Assembly (NCBI GenBank): GCA_964016885.1
Contig: OZ024741.1
Span: 371,070,001-371,134,000 of the forward strand
Length of the DNA: 64,000 nucleotides
Source of the DNA: Eledone cirrhosa
Lineage: Eukaryota
Direction of reading: 5' to 3'
Part shown: positions 1 through 13,189 of the stretch, piece after piece
How the letters are laid out: every line of letters begins with the position of its first letter
How positions within the stretch are numbered: the first letter of the stretch is position 1
Notes under the pieces: generated by a model
The model's input: only the letters and a program-made list of their open reading frames with translations
Database searches by the model: none
Told to the model about the DNA's origin: nothing
Translations under genes and position numbers: made by a program

Positions 1-1527
1 CAGGAAAAGTCAGTGGGCCTGCAGCTCGGCACCTGGAGAGGCAGGTCCATGCCGTCCAACAGCGTCGTCGGGCGCTGGACGGACGGACCGGTTAAATTGC
101 TAGGGGTCTGGTTCGGTCCGGACCTCCAGACGGACAAAAACTGGGACGAGGTGACGAGCAGGGTGGCTTCTCTCACCCAGAAATGGGCGGAGAGGAAGCT
201 ATCCCTGAAAGGTCGAGCGGAGGTGGCTAACGCGTACATCGCGTCTGTCATCTGCTACCGCCTAACCGTCGTACCTTGTCCTAAGCCTCGCCTGACTGCG
301 CTGGAGCGTTTGCTCTTTCGCTTTTTGTGGAAGGGACGTGCTCCGATGGTCAGGCGGTCCATCTGTTGTCAACACCCGCTACGTGGAGGGCTGGGCATGC
401 CGTGGCTGATGATGCGCAGGCACGCGCTCAGGCTACGACATCTCCACCTCTTCCTCGACGGTGATCAGGTGTGGTCGCCGTTTGCTAGACGCGTTTTTCC
501 CCAGCTCGTTTCCTTGACGGAGCTGCAGTCCTGGGTCAAGCGAAGACCGAGAGGGAGCGCCTGGAGACTGGAATGTCTTCAGGCGTTCACAGCCCTCGAC
601 CAATCGGGCAATGTGATCGGTGGAAACTCCACCTCGGCGTTCTATAGAGGATTAGTGGAGGGGAAGAGCGACGACGTACTTGGGGAAACTCTAGGCGTCG
701 ACGAAAATCAACTAGCCAATCTCTTCGGAAGAACTTTCGGGCCAGGGCCTATGGACAACTTCCAGAAATCTCTGGCCTGGCAGTGCTACCGAGGAGCCTT
801 GCCAGTTCGGGATAAACTCTACAGGCATGGAGGTGCCGTCAGCCGGGCATGTCCGAGATGCGCGCAGGGCGACGAAACCGTCCTGCACGCACTCGTCCAG
901 TGTCCGAAAATTGCTGACTTGTGGGTTTATGTCGAACACCTGCTGTCGCGTTTAGGACGGATCCAGCTATCATCTGAGTCCATCGTGAGGATTGCCCCGC
1001 CCTCCTCCTTTAGCCGGGAAGGGCAGGCAGTTTTTATCTGTCTGGTGGCCATGGCGAAAGAGATAGTATGGTGGACACGTTTGAAAGGGCTGAAGACGAG
1101 CACTTACCTCTTCGGTGATGCTCTGATTGACTTTTTCAAATTTCATTTGAAAAGGAAAATCAGAGTAGAGAAGGAAGTGCTCTCTTCCCAGCATTTTGTT
1201 GAAAGATGGGTGAGAGAAGCAAGAATGGCCCGAGTGAATGGGCCGACTCTGAGTATATATCTGTAAACTAAAGGTGGAAAACTGGGAGAGGGCACTTGCC
1301 TTGGTGGTCAGGGTCATTGTGGCTTTTTACTGGGCTTTCTCCACAAATGTCCCTCCGAAGTCTCCCCCCTATTGGGGAATTTTTCATTGTTATTTTCATT
1401 GTTATTTTTGTTACATCCTCTGTTTTTGTTTTTTTTACACGCAGAAATGCCCATTTGTACCGTCCTGCATTGTCCTGCACTGTCCTTAATGTCTACTTTA
1501 TGTAAACCCTTGTGGTTAATAAAGAAA

Positions 1528-1529
<2 letters not shown>
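1..1529 (+). mobile_element. L1/Tx1-clade LINE, 3' part of ORF2 (RT C-terminus plus CCHC zinc knuckle) and 3' UTR
   Basis: Open frame to 1266 with PVKLLGVWFG, W..RKLSLKGRAEVAN, GGLG.P and CPRC-x8-H-x4-C (CPRCAQGDETVLHALVQC). The 3' UTR ends in AATAAA at ~1518, just before an (ATT)n tract. Confidence 0.88.
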
Positions 1530-1568
<39 letters not shown>

Positions 1569-1585
1569 GTTACTATTATTATTAC
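1530..1585. repeat. (ATT)n microsatellite
   Basis: Direct reading of the sequence. Confidence 0.95.
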
Positions 1586-1699
1586 TTTTTTTTTTCTTTT
1601 CCCAATTCAATGATGTTACAAAACAATATAAAAGAGATAATTGGCAATAAGGGTTCTGGAACAAAAGAGATAATTCACAATAAGGGCAGGGACCTCAGG

Positions 1700-4600
1700 T
1701 TATCACAGCCTGGGCCCGCTCGTCATCGTGCCACTGTAATAGAGCCAAACAAGGCATTTAGTCTTGGCTGCTGGAACGTACGGACGCTGCTTGACATGGA
1801 TTCCTTGGAACGTCCTGAACGAAGGACCGCTCTTGTTGCAAAGGAGCTTCGACGTTACGATCTTGACATCGTAGCTTTATCTGAGACGAGGTTAGCTGGA
1901 GATAGTCATCTTACAGAATTTTGTGGAGAATATACATTCTTCTGGAAAGGAAGAGATGAAGAAACCAGAAGAGAGGCTGGGGTAGCATTTGCTGTTAAGA
2001 CTGTTCTTGTGAATAAATTAGAAGAATTCCCAGTAGGGATTAATGAGCGTCTTATGTCCATGAGAATTCCGCTGGACAAAGAAAGATATGCAACCCTGGT
2101 GAGTGTGTATGCTCCAACTATGAATTCTGTCGATGAAGAAAAAGTGTCCTTTTACCATGCCTTGAAATATGTTTTAAGAAATATCCCTCAGGCAGACAAA
2201 GTCATCGTGCTTGGTGACTTTAATGCTAGAGTGGGTAGGGATTTTAACACATGGAATGTAATCGGAAGGCATGGGGTGGGAAAGTGTAACAACAATGGTA
2301 TGCTCCTGCTGCAGATGTGTGAGGAGCTGGATCTGTGTGTTACCAATACCATGTTCCAACAAAAGAACAAATTTAAGACTACATGGATGCATCCTGCATC
2401 TAAGGAATGGCATCTTTTGGACTACGTCCTAGTCAGGATGCGTGACAGATGGGATGTGCAGTGTGTTCGTGTTCTTCGTGGAGCTGAGTGCTGGACCGAC
2501 CACCGCCTGGTACGCGCAAAAGTGAAACTAATCACTAAACATAAAATCCGGGCTCCTGGTGTAGGCAGGCGTGTTCTGGGATTGGTACAGAGAAAACAAA
2601 ACATCAAGACTGGTTTAATGAGAATGATGAACATATATAAGACTTGTTGGCTGATAAGAGGCGTGCTCTGTCACGGTACTTGACAGCAAACCCACAGGAG
2701 AAGAATATGTTGCATAAGGAACTCAAGGATGTGAAATCACGTGTTAGGTGGAGTCTTTCTCAGATGAAGGATAAGTGGTGGAGTGAGAAGGCTGATGAGG
2801 TACAAACTGCATAAGATTCCAATAACACAAAGCTGTTGTACAGTCTCTTGTGTGAAGGTTATGGACCGTTTTCTTCTATGGTGACACCGCTTCGCAACAA
2901 GGATTGCAAGGAAATTCTTCGTGACTCACAAGGAATTCTAGGAAGGTGGCGAGAGCACTTTGATGAACTTTTGAATCAGCCGTCTGTCGTCAATGAAGAT
3001 TTCCTCAATCTCATTCCAGAAAAGCCTGTGAAATTAGCTCTCGCAGGACCACCGACGCTTGTGGAGGTTGCAGTAGCTATCTCGAAGCTGAACAGTGGAA
3101 GGTCTCCAGGTATGGATGGCATACATGCTGAGCTCCTACAATATGGTGGTGAGAGACTTCTGCAACATCTTCACTTTTTGTATGGCAGGATATGGGCTAA
3201 TGAATCCGTACCTGAGGACTGGAGAGATGCAGTAATGGCGGTCTTGTACAAGGGAAAGGGTAACAAAAATGATTGTGGAAACTACAGAGGTATATCATTG
3301 CTTTCTGTCACAGGAAACGTTTTATGTAGGGTGCTTTTGGACCGTCTACTGACACACATTGCAGATTGTGTTCTTCCTGAAAGTCAACCGGGTTTTCGTG
3401 CTGGACGCGGCACTACTGATATAATCTTCTCAACTAGACAGCTCCAGGAGAAGTGCATGGAACAAGGTTTGGATCTGTATCAGGTTTTTGTCGATCTGAC
3501 AAAAGCTTTCGATATTGTTAACAGAAATGCATTGTGGAAGGTTCTCCAGAAACTTGGTTTCCCGGATAAGTTCCTTGCATTAGTTAGGTCTTTCCATGAC
3601 GACATGAAGGCTTGGGTTAATGTCGGAGGTAACATGTCGGAGCCTATCTCAGTAAAAAATGGAGTGAAACAGGAGAATATTCCAGCACCGACCGTTTGCC
3701 ATATACTTTGCAATGGTTTTCTGTATTGTATTCAGGAGTTACGAGCATGGTGTTTACATCCGATATCGAACCTCAGGCAGCATATTTAACATCAGGCGCT
3801 TTGCTGCAAAAACAAAAGTATTTACATCAATCATAAGAGACCTCTTGTATGCAGAAGATTGCGATCTTGTAGTGCACACAGAGAGTGATATGCAACACAT
3901 TTTGAATGCATTTTCTTATGCTTGCACTGCCCTAGGATTGATTGTCAGTCTCAAGAAAACCGTCGTCATGTACCAACCTGCCCCTGGTAAGCAGTACAGT
4001 GAACCAAATATCTATGTGTATGGTAAACGACTTGGAGTGGTTGATCAGTTTGTGTACCTGGGAAGCACTGTCAATCGATACAGCAATCTTGATAATGAAA
4101 TTCCACTCAGGATTAAGAAACCAAGTGATGCTTTCGGAAAGCTAGAAAGGCGACTCTGGGGGTCGGCGAGACATATGCAAGAAGACAAAGGAAAAGGTGT
4201 ACAAGGCATGTGTGCTCTCTTCTCTTCTTTATGCCTGCGAGACCTGGGTCACATATCGACACCACGTTAAACAATTGGAGCGTTTCCATCAGATGTGTCT
4301 CAGGCGGATCCATGGCATTCACTGGAAGGACCACATCAGTGATGTCGAGATTTTGGAAAGCCCTGTGTGACAGTATAGAAGCACTTGTGCTTAAGCAAAG
4401 ACTCCGATGTAGTGGTCACCTTGCCAGGATGAAGGATTCTAGAATACCAAAACAACTCTTTAATGGAGAGTTAGTTAAAGGAAAACGACCTCCGCATAAA
4501 CCAAAAAAGAGGTATAAGGATTCGTTGAAAGCCTCCTTGAAAGACTCTAACACCTCTGCTGATACATGGGAAAGCGTAGCTGCTGATCGTAATAAATGGA

Positions 4601-5174
4601 GAAAGACTATACATAAGGGGAAAGTTACTTTTGAGGCATCTCGAATCGCATACGAGAAAGTAAAGGGGGACGTGAGGAAGGGCATTACTGTTGCATTTCC
4701 AGACAGCGAAGGTCCTCCTATGGCGTTGACATGCAGCGTCTGTGCGAGACTCTGCCTCAACAAAGCTGGTCTCGAAAGTCCTCTTCGCAGTCATAAAGTA
4801 AGACCAGTGGTTGACTACCAGGCTGCTGTTGGAGATGCTGCTCAACATGCTTGCCAAACATGTGGTAGAGAATGTAAATCAGCAGGAGGGCTCAAGCGAC
4901 ATGCAAAAGTACACGAACTCCAACCACAGCCGGCTATTCCCAGTGAATGTTTTGATTGCCGACTCTGTGCAAGACATTTTAGATCATTGGCTGGGCTAAA
5001 AAGCCACATTCAATCGCAGCACTGTTAATTGTTATCGTGTGTGTGTGTGTGTAGATATGTATATGTGTGTGTTTGCGCGCGCGTGTGTATTATTATTATT
5101 ATTATTGTTGTTGTTGTTTTTGTTCGTGCAATGGCCATACTCGATAACGAGGGAGCAGCCATCATGTAAGTATG

Positions 5175-5206
<32 letters not shown>

Positions 5207-5225
5207 GGTTATGTATGTATGTAAA
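1700..5225 (+). mobile_element. Degenerate near-full-length RTE-clade LINE (APE endonuclease, RT, three C-terminal C2H2 zinc fingers)
   Basis: APE motifs GCWNVRTL, DIVALSETR, GDFNARVG, LLDYVLV and TDHRLV (1610-2683). RT motifs NYRGISLLS, FVDLTKAFD and LLYAEDCDL across frameshifted ORFs 2836-4270. C2H2-like fingers in ORF 4210-5028. The 3' end is GCAGCCATCATG followed by (TATG)n at ~5155-5222. Confidence 0.9.
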
Positions 5226-5712
5226 AGCACTCTTGAGAGCTACTGGTAACATGTAACCCAGTATAAATCGGCAACCACACCAAGCTTGCTTGGTGAGGAG
5301 GGTGATATTTGGACACCCTGCGGGATGAAATACAAGACCTGGCAAAGGTCGGAGGAATTCAGCAGAGTCAACGGCCATCCAAATAGAACTTTCTTTTTTT
5401 CACCTGGGAGTGACACCCCCCCATTTGTTGTCACAACACCTTTCTAGGAGAGGGAAACTCTGGCAAAAAAAACCTCTGGCTTCGGAAGCATCCGATGGTG
5501 TTAACTAGTTCTCCTCTTCGGGTAGTGTTTTCGATGCTCAGAGAGTGGGATTGGTCAAGTACAAAGCCTTTCTCAACTTAAAAGACCTCCAAAGCACAGG
5601 CATTGCTTGTTCAGGTTCGTGTGGCTGGCCGTAGCCTAAAAGTGCACCATTTTCTGACAAGCGATTGAAATACTCTTAACAGAGTTTGCAGCCATCATGT
5701 ATGTATGTATGT
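5226..5712 (+). mobile_element. Short non-coding RTE-derived element (5'UTR-like body plus RTE 3' tail)
   Basis: Ends in the same GCAGCCATCATG(TATG)n terminus as the upstream RTE. The body has several hairpins (CACCAAGC/GCTTGGTG, AGGGTG/CACCCT, GACCT/AGGTC) and an AGGAGAGGGAAACTCTGG motif resembling RTE 5' UTRs. Confidence 0.55.
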
Positions 5713-5742
5713 AAAAAGTAAACTGAATATGTATATGTATAC

Positions 5743-5790
<48 letters not shown>

Positions 5791-6021
5791 ATATACGGGA
5801 TAACAGGTTATCGTTATAGGTAGTCCACTTAGATGTAGTCCAGTTAGAGTACTCCGTGTTGTGGATGGTATTAACGTATGGGTTAGTTTGACTCAACAAG
5901 ACGCTTCCACAGTGATGCTGCGAGTTCGCGGTGATTTCTATCTAGTTTATACTCGGGGTAATAATAATTCAAGAAAAAAGAGTGACATGGTTGGCTATAC
6001 GATAAGGGCTTTATTCACATT

Positions 6022-6128
6022 GCTGACAATTGTTTCTTTGATCTGGTAGGTCTAGACTTCGCTACTCGCTTGATGTTGCGTCAATCGATCTCCAATACTT
6101 TGTTTATAACCAGTCGTTTCATCAGAGC
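6022..6128 (-). ncRNA. Type I hammerhead ribozyme motif with long stem II (PLE pseudo-LTR-like)
   Basis: Minus strand reads gct CTGATGA [~80 nt, including ctggt/accag] GAAA caattg TC agc. Stem III is palindromic and AATAAA follows shortly after. Confidence 0.65.
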
Positions 6129-7099
6129 GTGCGAAAGTGAGGAAGATACTCAAGGCATGGCTTTTATAGAGGCGTGGTATTAAACCAGAACAATAATATC
6201 AATAATAAAATAACTAGATACTGAATAGTTAAAATAATAACATCAAAATAAGTAAGAAATAGAGTATAATGATGAATCTAGCATATTAAATGAACTGATA
6301 TGATACAAATGTATGAAATTGACATGTGAAAACTGCTATAGGGTACATTAGATGTAGTGTTAAGGTGGTGGAGAGATAACTGATAAAATGTACTTGGAGT
6401 CAGGATTTAGGAGTAATTATGAGCTATATACGTGTGCTGTAGGTCTGAAAGCACACTAGCAATAAACCGGAGATTGATTGATTGTTTGACAGATAAGTAT
6501 TTTCGTTGTATCAACTTAGTGAGAATGATCGAGTGGGTGCATAGAGATATATGGTTTTTATGTGGTGTTAAGTGAAGTTGTAGATTCGATATTTAGGTGG
6601 CCTATTCTAAAAGTTGGGATTGTTAGTTCGAATCATGGGGGTTTAGTTTTCACAACATCACTAACAAATAGTGTATAAATAAGACAATAATAACAACAAT
6701 AATAGATACAATAAAAGTAATAAAATAATAAAATATGCCTGGTAAATTGAGAGAACATGATGAATAAAATTAGGGATACATTGAGATTATCATAATAATA
6801 ATAAGAGGAAAATAAGATTTCAAGGAGTGTAGGAATAATAAGATAATGTACTTAGAATTAAGATCATCTGTTAGAGATCATGAATGCTAATGTGAGATAT
6901 GTAGATATAATTGTTTGGTCCGAAGGAGTAAACAACAGCAAAGATGGGATTGATTTATGGGCTGACAAGATAGTTGTAGACATTACTGCCCCATCCTAGT
7001 GGTATAGATTTAGGGGGGCTAGAAGGTGTTTATAGAAGATTATAATTATACTTAATTCTAAGGTCACTAGGTCACTTGTTAATAACTCTGGTAATTTCT

Positions 7100-7512
7100 C
7101 TAATCGTAATTGTAATTGCCCTGTTAGAACTAAATGTCTTGATAAAAATTTAGTGTATTAATGTAAGGTACTAATTCTTTTACCTATTTTGGTTCCACTT
7201 CCACTTCCTTTAAAGCAAGATTTTATAATCACAATTCGTCTTTTAAATACCAACTTAAAAGAACTAACACGGCACTCTCAGAACTCATATGGTCCTTAAA
7301 AGACAAAAATATTAACTACAACATTTCTTGGAGGAAGGTTTGCAACGCTTCTCCTTACCGACATTCTTCCCTATCCAGAACATGTAATCTCTGCCTAGCC
7401 GAGAAATTTACTATTATCTGTAATTTTAATTCTATAATAAATAGACGTACGGATTTATTTTCGCTCTGCTTGCATAAATCCCATAGAACTTTCCATAAAG
7501 TATACAGCTAAT
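7100..7512 (+). mobile_element. Penelope-like element GIY-YIG endonuclease remnant (decayed)
   Basis: Translates with a stop and a frameshift to CNCPVRTKCLDKNLVY, then YFGSTSTSFKARFYNHNSSF...TALSELIWSLK...CNLCLAEK...INRRTDLFSLCLH. Similar to ORF 63334-63999. Confidence 0.85.
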
Positions 7513-8469
7513 ATCTCACTACCTAATTAGTTTTAAATCTTCTTTTCTCAAACGCTTTTATATCTTTTACAAATATACCCATCTTTCTACCTTATTTCAG
7601 TATATTATATTATACAATTTACTCATTCTATGCCGTTAGCGATCCCCTATCTTTCTTCTTTTTTATCCTTTTTTCTTTTTTAATTTCTAATCTTTAATCT
7701 GTAACTTTTACTTCTCAATTACTTCTTAATTCATATTATTATTCACTATAACATTTTCCTTATATTCTTAGCCATACAAACTATATTTTTAATATATACT
7801 AATATATACTAATTATTAAATTTTGTAAACATATATTTTTTCTTCCTTAAATTTTCTTCTTTCTTCTCTCCTTCTGTGCTCGTATTAAACCTATTATTTA
7901 CTTTTTCATATTACAATACATAGAAACAAACTTAGACCCTAACTAATTCCTCTAAGTTCATAATTCATTTAATCTCTCCATTCACCTTATCTCCTTAATA
8001 TTTTTATTTTAATAATACATATTAATAAATTCCTTTTCGCACATATTATTAAACCCTTCAATATATAAACCTTAAATAAATACTATTCTTAATTCCTCTT
8101 TCTTTAATCATAAACATCACCATTCATAAACCTCATTAACTTCTAATTTCAAATTTTTTTTAAATTATGTATTATCTTACAACGTTTTTTTTAATTTCTC
8201 TCTGTGAGACAGTGTTTCTCAGTATTAAAGGCTATCTCTCTCTCACTCATTTCTCCTCCTCTCTCACTCATTTCTTCTCCTCTCTCATCCTTCCTTCTTA
8301 TACTCCTCCCCCATCATCCTTTATTTTCTTTCTTCCTCTTCCTTACCTTTCCTTCCCCCTTCCTTCTTTTTTTTCCCAATCTCATATATCCATCTTATTT
8401 TATCTTTCATATGTAGATTTAACACTTCACTGCTCGCAAGTGTTTTTTAAGCTTCATATCATGTCTCCC

Positions 8470-8540
8470 TATTTTATCTGATGAGAACGCAAATATCATC
8501 CCATGGTGATATTTGTTTTTGAAATGCGCATAATAAAATA
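8470..8540 (+). ncRNA. Type I hammerhead ribozyme in the 3' region of the PLE
   Basis: tattttat CTGATGA ...caaatatca/tgatatttg... GAAA tgcgca TA ataaaata. Perfect 8-bp stem I, 9-bp stem II, palindromic stem III. Confidence 0.85.
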
Positions 8541-8660
8541 CATGGAACTCTTTTAACCATCTTTTGATCTTATATTATTTATACTCCAGTCCTATAAACT
8601 GTTGAGTGCTACTTATCCGATATTTGCATTGCTTTATTGTGCTACAATAAAACTCACCTC

Positions 8661-8721
<61 letters not shown>

Positions 8722-9000
8722 GGACCTCCGTCGGTTCTGACATGGAACAGACTGATTGTTAAATTAATGTGCAAGTGGGTGAGTAACCACAAACGCGCGT
8801 ACTGTTAACGTAGTTTTTTGCGGAGGGGGGGGGGGGGTATTCAATGTGACACAATGAGTGACAAGACTTGCCCTTTAAATCACAGGTAGAATTCATTTTT
8901 GCTAGTTGGGTGAGCTGGTAAAACATGAAATAAAGTCTCTTTCTCCACTATACAACGCACCTCCAAGAATTGAACTCACAACCTTACGATTATGAGCCGA
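8722..9000 (-). mobile_element. tRNA-derived SINE (CORE-like body), degenerate
   Basis: Minus strand has a B-box-like GTGAGTTCAATTC. Similar to the copy at 34765-35078. Confidence 0.6.
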
Positions 9001-9206
9001 ACACGGAAAGTCAGATACTGTTGTTGCCGTTGTTGTTTTGCTGCAGCTCTAGAAAAACATTGATCTGTGCTTTTTAGCAAAAGTTGGTGTGGGTTCATCA
9101 TCATGATCCCTTATCCCTTTCCGGGGTCGTTGGGACACTACAGTGTTGAATGCTACACCAACTGCCTCCATCTCTGGCGGTCATGGGTGAGTGCTTGGAT
9201 TGTGGT

Positions 9207-11838
9207 TGTAGCAAGAGTTGCCTCCCTTGTTATGACAATCACATCACCGCTCTCTAGACAGGAAGTAGCTGGAGTTACTTCCCGTTGGGGTGGCAGAACC
9301 CTTTTTGTCACTTCCGTCCTTTGACCCTATAAAAGGGATAGCTCAGGGCGATCTCACTCTCTTCTAACTAGCCTGGTCCTTCGGCTAGGCGTCTTCGGCC
9401 AGGCGCGTTCGCCGAGGCTCTACTCTCTGGCAACCCTAACATGGTCTCTTGCGAGCTCACTTCAAAACGGTAACAAATAACTTTACTTCATTTCTTTCAT
9501 CTACCCATGGACATGTCAACTATTCTATTCTACATAACTTCAACTTGTTAATTAAACTTTATACACACAACCTAGTGTCCTGTTATATTCATACAATCCA
9601 GTAGTGGTGACCCCGAGAAAAAAATGATAGGATCTGGTGTTGTGTGAATATATATTAAAACATTAATTAGCAGTACCCCATTTTCGTTGGAATGTGTGGA
9701 CCAACATTTCGAATACGCAGCAAACTTTATTAACAAACTAGGAAAAATACGCAGACATAGAAACGAACACACGCACATGTGAAATTCTCGTTCAGACAGA
9801 CTCTTTTTCTCTCACGCACGTGTCGTACATCAACTAAGTGTCGCATTTCACTGGATGTATATATATATTTTTCGTTTCTTCTTACAACGAACATTTAAAA
9901 AGAAAAGAAAAAAAGAAATTTGATTTTTTTTTTTTTTACACATTTCAACATGAACATTTATTTTTGCTGAATCTCAACTATTGCTTATTCTTTCCACCAA
10001 GCTTTTTCCATCGTTCACAAAAAATTGAACTCGCCATATTTGTTATACCAAGTGAAGCCTTTCTTTTTTTTCCATCATATTATCACGTTCACACACAAAT
10101 TTTTCAAAATGGCTGCCAACGACCTGTTTCACTATCATTTTCGCGCCATTTTCTCGCGCAATAGAAATTTTTTTTTTTTTCAACTTGACTTTAAGCTTGT
10201 TTCGGCACGTGTGGGCAGCACACATCTCGACTCACTGAGATAACACACGCCATAGATAATGTTTCTTGCCAAGGATTCTCCAGCCTTAAGCTATATTCTC
10301 CTATTTGCCGGTTTAAAAATTTACCACGTCAATTTGCCGTTGAAAACTGCGCATTTATTCAGAATGCTTATTTCTTTGGTCGCTGGCCTCTTTACCCTTC
10401 CAGGTCAACGCATTCTCAACATCGACCATCAACTTTGGCTGTTATTTCTAGCACTTTGCGCAACTCATTTTTTTCTGGGAAACTTTGTACTGTGAATTTA
10501 AACAACGAATACGCTCACTCCGCGAGACAACAACATCAACAACCAAAACCAGCAGAACAAAACAGAGAATTTATTTTTGCAGCACTCTTCCTGTGAGAAA
10601 ATCCCACCGAATTTCACGTTGTACCACAGTCTACAGACCACCTCCACATTCTCTGGAGGACACATTTCTTTCCTGATGTCGTGATTGCACACCTGTGAAC
10701 TTTATTTTTGAACATTTGAATTTGTTTTCTTTAATAACTGCGTTCGAGCACGTTTCTTTGCTCCTTTGACCTCTTCTTTTAGTTTGATTACATTGTATCT
10801 TTGAGTGATGGATAGATAGATGTCCAGTCGTTCTCTGGCCAAGAGCAGTTGGCTACCTTGATATCTATCATTAATTTTTGCATGCTTAGCTTATATTTTG
10901 CTGTTTTGCTTTTATTGCAAACATTATTTTTTTCGTAATTTTCATGCCTGGACATTTGTGTTACATGCTCGCCATCTTACTCCATACATGGTTCATTCGA
11001 TTTTTATATTTTAAAAATCTGGCGGGAGATAATGTAGCAAGAGTTGCCTCCCTTGTTATGACAATCACATCACCACTCTCTAGACAGGAAGTAGCTGGAG
11101 TTACTTCCCGTTGGGGTGGCAGAACCCTTTTTGTCGCTTCCGTCCTGGGACCCTATAAAAGGGATAGCTCAGGGCGATCTCACTCGCTTCTAACTAGCCT
11201 GGCCCTTCGGCTAGGCGTCTTCGGCCAGGCGCGTTCGCCGAGGCTCTACTCTCTGGCAACCCTAACATGGCCTCTTGCGAGCTCACTTCAAAACGGTAAC
11301 AAATAACTTTACTTCATTCTTTCATCTACTCTTGACATGTCATCAATTCTATTCTACATAACTTCAACTTGTTAATTAAACTTTATACACACAACTGAGT
11401 CTCCTGTTATATTTGTAGTGACCTACATTCCGCGGGCTCACATACATTCTCTGTGCGTGATTTGGCTCAGCTCATCCAATCAGCGCCAGTAGAAGAGGAT
11501 GTATCCCTACGCGTCCTGAGGGAGAAATTACCCGCGAAGATTTGAAGAATCTCTCTCTCGCACCAGGAACTTCGAACCAGCAACACGTACATGTGACGGT
11601 GAGATTTTGCACCCTAGCCTGCCGGCTTTCCGGCGCAATGGCACATTCCCTTTTGTAACCTCATTTTTATGTGTAACTTCAACCATACAAGTTAACCAAC
11701 ATTATTTGTGCTACAACAAAAATAAACATACATTTCATCTCTAATTTCTGCTGTTGACATCATTATTATGTTACTCGTGTCTCAATAACCTTTATAATCC
11801 ATGCTGCTAAATATTCATACAACCCAGTATTTTGTTAT
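9207..11838 (+). mobile_element. Non-autonomous LTR retrotransposon (two ~0.4 kb LTRs, non-coding interior)
   Basis: Highly similar LTRs start TGTAGCAAGAG at 9207 and 11033. PBS-like TGGTGACCCCGA at 9605 is complementary to the tRNA-Trp 3' end. Purine-rich GGCGGGAGATAA precedes the 3' LTR. 5-bp TSD GTGGT at 9202-9206 and 11839-11843. Confidence 0.85.
11414..11810. mobile_element. Solo LTR inserted in the 3' LTR of the previous element
   Basis: Begins TGTAGTG and ends ...GCTGCTAA. 5-bp TSD ATATT at 11409-11413 and 11811-11815, after which the host LTR resumes (CATACAA.CCAGTA). Confidence 0.75.
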
Positions 11839-12652
11839 GTGGTTAACTGCTTTCCTGTCCACTGCTTCCTCTGTCTGCTCTGCTTTCTCTTTCCCAGCAC
11901 TGTTCCTTGGAGAATTGTCTTGGAGAGTCTGTCCGATCTTGTTACAAACCTAAACCACCTCAGCTTCTCCCTCTTCACTATGGTCAGCAGCTCTTCAGAG
12001 TGGCTCATGTGCTGGGTGATATTTTTGCAGGCCTCTTTGTTCGTGATGTGTTCTGTGTGAGAGATTCCCAGGATTCTTCTATAGCATCTCATCTCCACTG
12101 TTTATATCTTTCTTTGCAGTTCAGTGGTTAGGGTCCATGACTCCAATAGGGAGTATAATAATCAATGACTGAGTCCATAGTGTTAGCCTCTCTCCAGTCT
12201 GCTAGATTTTGTTGCGGATTCTGGTGAGAACGACAATCGCTGCTTCTTCTCCATGCTTTATCAGTTCTACTGGAATGTTTTTAACAGCTGCTTCTCCAGT
12301 TTTCAGTGATTTTATTACTGTCTCTGGCGTGAATTAAGAGACGTTTAACTGCTATATCTGGCAGATCGCGCGAACCACGTGGAAGCCTTTCATATTAGCA
12401 CGTCGTCAGATAGGGATATATCTAAGATACACACAAAAAAAAACAATACTTTTTAAAACTGACAATTACACCGCCACCACCACCTCCTCCGTATAAAAAA
12501 AGAAAGAAAAGAAAAAAACAGCGTTATACATCACATGAAAACCTTGACTGCCAGATGACACCTCTATACGCATAGATACATGTCACTCAAACATACGTTC
12601 ACAGATATGTGATAATCAAAAGCTGAATGCATAAATATATACACGCAAACAC

Positions 12653-12684
<32 letters not shown>

Positions 12685-12799
12685 GTAAGCACACACACAC
12701 ACACACACACACGTACTATGTTAAGGTATCAATACATATTTAATATGTATGATGAACATGTTTCTCAAAAGAATAAACTCAATCGACCTTGGTTTGGAA

Positions 12800-13115
12800 C
12801 AGGGGCGTGGAACAGGCGGCCCGCGAGCCACAATCCGGCCCGCCAGACCAGTCAAAGTGACCCGCGATGACCGTTTTTAATGTTTACTTTGTTGACTTAT
12901 TTAGAATTTTTTTCATAACCGTAATACAATTGTCTGTTAGTTGACCTATACTAAAGGGCTTCACTGATAGGGTTATGTGTTATAGTTCCTAGTTCCATGT
13001 TATGGAAAGAAGCTGTGGTGAATCTTTGGAATAGTGCTTAATAATTATTAATGGCCCTAATAGTTGTTCCAATGTTGAAAAATGGCCCGCCAGTGGAATA
13101 TGTTGCACACCCCTG
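12800..13115. mobile_element. hAT (Charlie-like) MITE
   Basis: TIRs CAGGGGCGTG and CACACCCCTG, subterminal GGCCCGC motifs, and an 8-bp TSD GTTTGGAA/GTTTAGAA. Confidence 0.85.
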
Positions 13116-13189
13116 GTTTAGAACATCAATTATTTAAATTTAAAAGATATTTATAAAGAGAAAGGAGTATATATCGTTTGAGAAACACA

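Larger units (their letters stand above)
9097..12320 (-). mobile_element. RTE (BovB-like) LINE 3' fragment, split by an LTR element
   Basis: ORF 11835-12098 (EMRCYRRILGIS...KLRWF...LSKTILQGTVLGKR) continues at 9206-9097 and ends in (GAT)n. The two parts are interrupted at the duplicated GTGGT. Confidence 0.8.
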
